DNA of 24,469 nucleotides from a virus. Taxonomy: Duplodnaviria > Caudoviricetes. The stretch's first letter is position 1. Each line of letters starts with the position of its first letter. Under the pieces are notes generated by a model. It worked only from the letters and a program-made list of their open reading frames with translations, made no database searches and was not told the DNA's origin. A program made the translations under genes and the position numbers. This document shows, one piece after another, positions 23,465-24,469 of this stretch. The stretch is from IMG/VR virus record IMGVR_UViG_3300029318_000096, positions 1 to 24,469 of that record. The stretch is one strand, 5' to 3'.

Positions 23465-24235
23465 ATGAATAAACAAAAATTTGAAGAATGGGATTTGCTA
23501 CCCATGTCATATAGCAAATTGAACTCATGGAAATCTTACCCATGTCAGTTCATCATTAATAAAATCTATAAGATCAACACAGGAACAAATCCTGCTATGT
23601 TTACTGGAGTAATCGTAGAGGAACTGCTCAAGGATCTTTTAGAGGGTAATGATAGTGAACAAAATACACAATATGCTCTCAAAGACTTTCAAAGAGAATT
23701 AGCTGATTATCACGATCAAAAAGAAGTAGCTAAATATCTTGAATTAATACCAAAGTTTTATGAAAACTGTAAACCACTGTTTAATAGATTTGGTAATCAG
23801 CAGCTTCATTCTTACCAAGAACAATTAACAACAGAAATAGAAGGAATTAATTTTGTTGGATATTCGGACTTTGTATGGGATTTAGGAGATGAGGGTATTC
23901 ATGTATTTGATCTTAAAACAAAAGGCAGAATGGCTTTAAATCCTAGCGATAAGTTGCAGCAGTGGGTTTATAAAAAGGCTTTAGAAGAAAAATACCAGAA
24001 ACCAGTGCATTGTAATTTATTTGTTGTGACACCAACGAAACATCATTTTGAGGAAATAGTCTTTACGCAGGAACATGAGATAGAGATAGTTAATGCTCTC
24101 AAAGGTATTGATAAAGTGTTGCATTTTTGCAACAGTCCTAAAGACTGGGCATATCTATATCAACCAAACAAAAGTGACTTTATTTGGAACAATCCAAAAA
24201 TGGTAGAGGCGAGGCAGCAGATATGGGGGATCTAA
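23465..24235 (+). CDS. PD-(D/E)XK exonuclease (RecB/Cas4-like)
   Basis: 'SYSKL', 'E..L', 'GYSD', 'DLKT', 'QQWVY' motifs; near ERF and SSB. Confidence 0.85.
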   Translation: MNKQKFEEWDLLPMSYSKLNSWKSYPCQFIINKIYKINTGTNPAMFTGVIVEELLKDLLEGNDSEQNTQYALKDFQRELADYHDQKEVAKYLELIPKFYENCKPLFNRFGNQQLHSYQEQLTTEIEGINFVGYSDFVWDLGDEGIHVFDLKTKGRMALNPSDKLQQWVYKKALEEKYQKPVHCNLFVVTPTKHHFEEIVFTQEHEIEIVNALKGIDKVLHFCNSPKDWAYLYQPNKSDFIWNNPKMVEARQQIWGI

Positions 24236-24402
24236 TGGGTAAATTACGAGGATTTGTTGCTGATAAGGAAAGAAAGCTAGTTAGATGTATGACTTGTTGG
24301 AAAAAATATACCAAATTTATGTCAATAAAGTTGTATCAGCACAAAGAAGATTATAAATGTATTAGATGCTACAATGGGGGAACGAAACTATGGCAAAAAT
24401 GA
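24235..24402 (+). CDS. Small zinc-ribbon protein
   Basis: Coupled ATG 24235; CMTC...CIRC. Confidence 0.6.
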   Translation: MGKLRGFVADKERKLVRCMTCWKKYTKFMSIKLYQHKEDYKCIRCYNGGTKLWQK

Positions 24403-24469
24403 TCTTTATAAATTATTGCCCTGATGATCAATTATCTGGGTGTATGATACTCAGCTATAAAGCTGAATT
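24390..24469 (+). CDS. N-terminus of a possible replication initiator (YdaU/DUF1376-like), truncated
   Basis: SD GGGGG; MAKMIFINYCPDDQLSGCMILSYKAE resembles 'F...D.L.....LS..E'; only 26 codons visible. Confidence 0.4.
   Translation, partial: MAKMIFINYCPDDQLSGCMILSYKAE

Noticed and set aside
23465-24235. CRISPR-Cas (Cas4) system
   Set aside because: No repeat-spacer array or other cas genes seen; context (ERF, SSB) indicates an ordinary recombination exonuclease.
1-24469. tRNA genes, integrase/att site, introns or stop-codon reassignment
   Set aside because: Intergenic spaces are short with no cloverleaf seen; no integrase in the window; genes are intact under the standard code and use TAA, TAG and TGA as stops.

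Overview
A 24.5-kb, AT-rich (roughly one-third GC by eye) segment of a tailed dsDNA phage with a non-contractile (siphovirus-type) tail. All credible protein genes are on the + strand. Gene content resembles uncultured marine phages of streamlined Alphaproteobacteria (SAR11-like host is inferred, not shown). Positions 1-19552 are the late region: C-terminal part of the major capsid protein, head-tail joining genes, tail tube, tail chaperone with a -1 frameshift, tape measure, tail tip, an array of modular fibre/chaperone genes, a three-gene envelope module and a lysis region ending in a terminator. After an isolated ORF (19591-19878) and a structured intergenic region, an early/middle operon (20084-24469) encodes a HEXXH protease, small proteins, a lipoprotein, ERF recombinase, SSB-like protein, a PD-(D/E)XK exonuclease and the start of a probable replication initiator. 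The strongest novel candidate is a roughly 75-nt minus-strand sRNA (about 19951 to 19877) built as hairpin, exposed anti-Shine-Dalgarno (UUCCUCCUGU), terminator. It is complementary to the extended RBS of several of the phage's own early genes and abuts an ORF with Sm/Hfq-like sequence patterns. Other notable items are an RTX-toxin-activating (HlyC-like) acyltransferase in the tail-tip operon, a 12-aa four-cysteine coupled micropeptide, a mosaic fibre-head array, and apparent complete avoidance of GTWAC. All family assignments come from motif recognition by eye; no searches were run.
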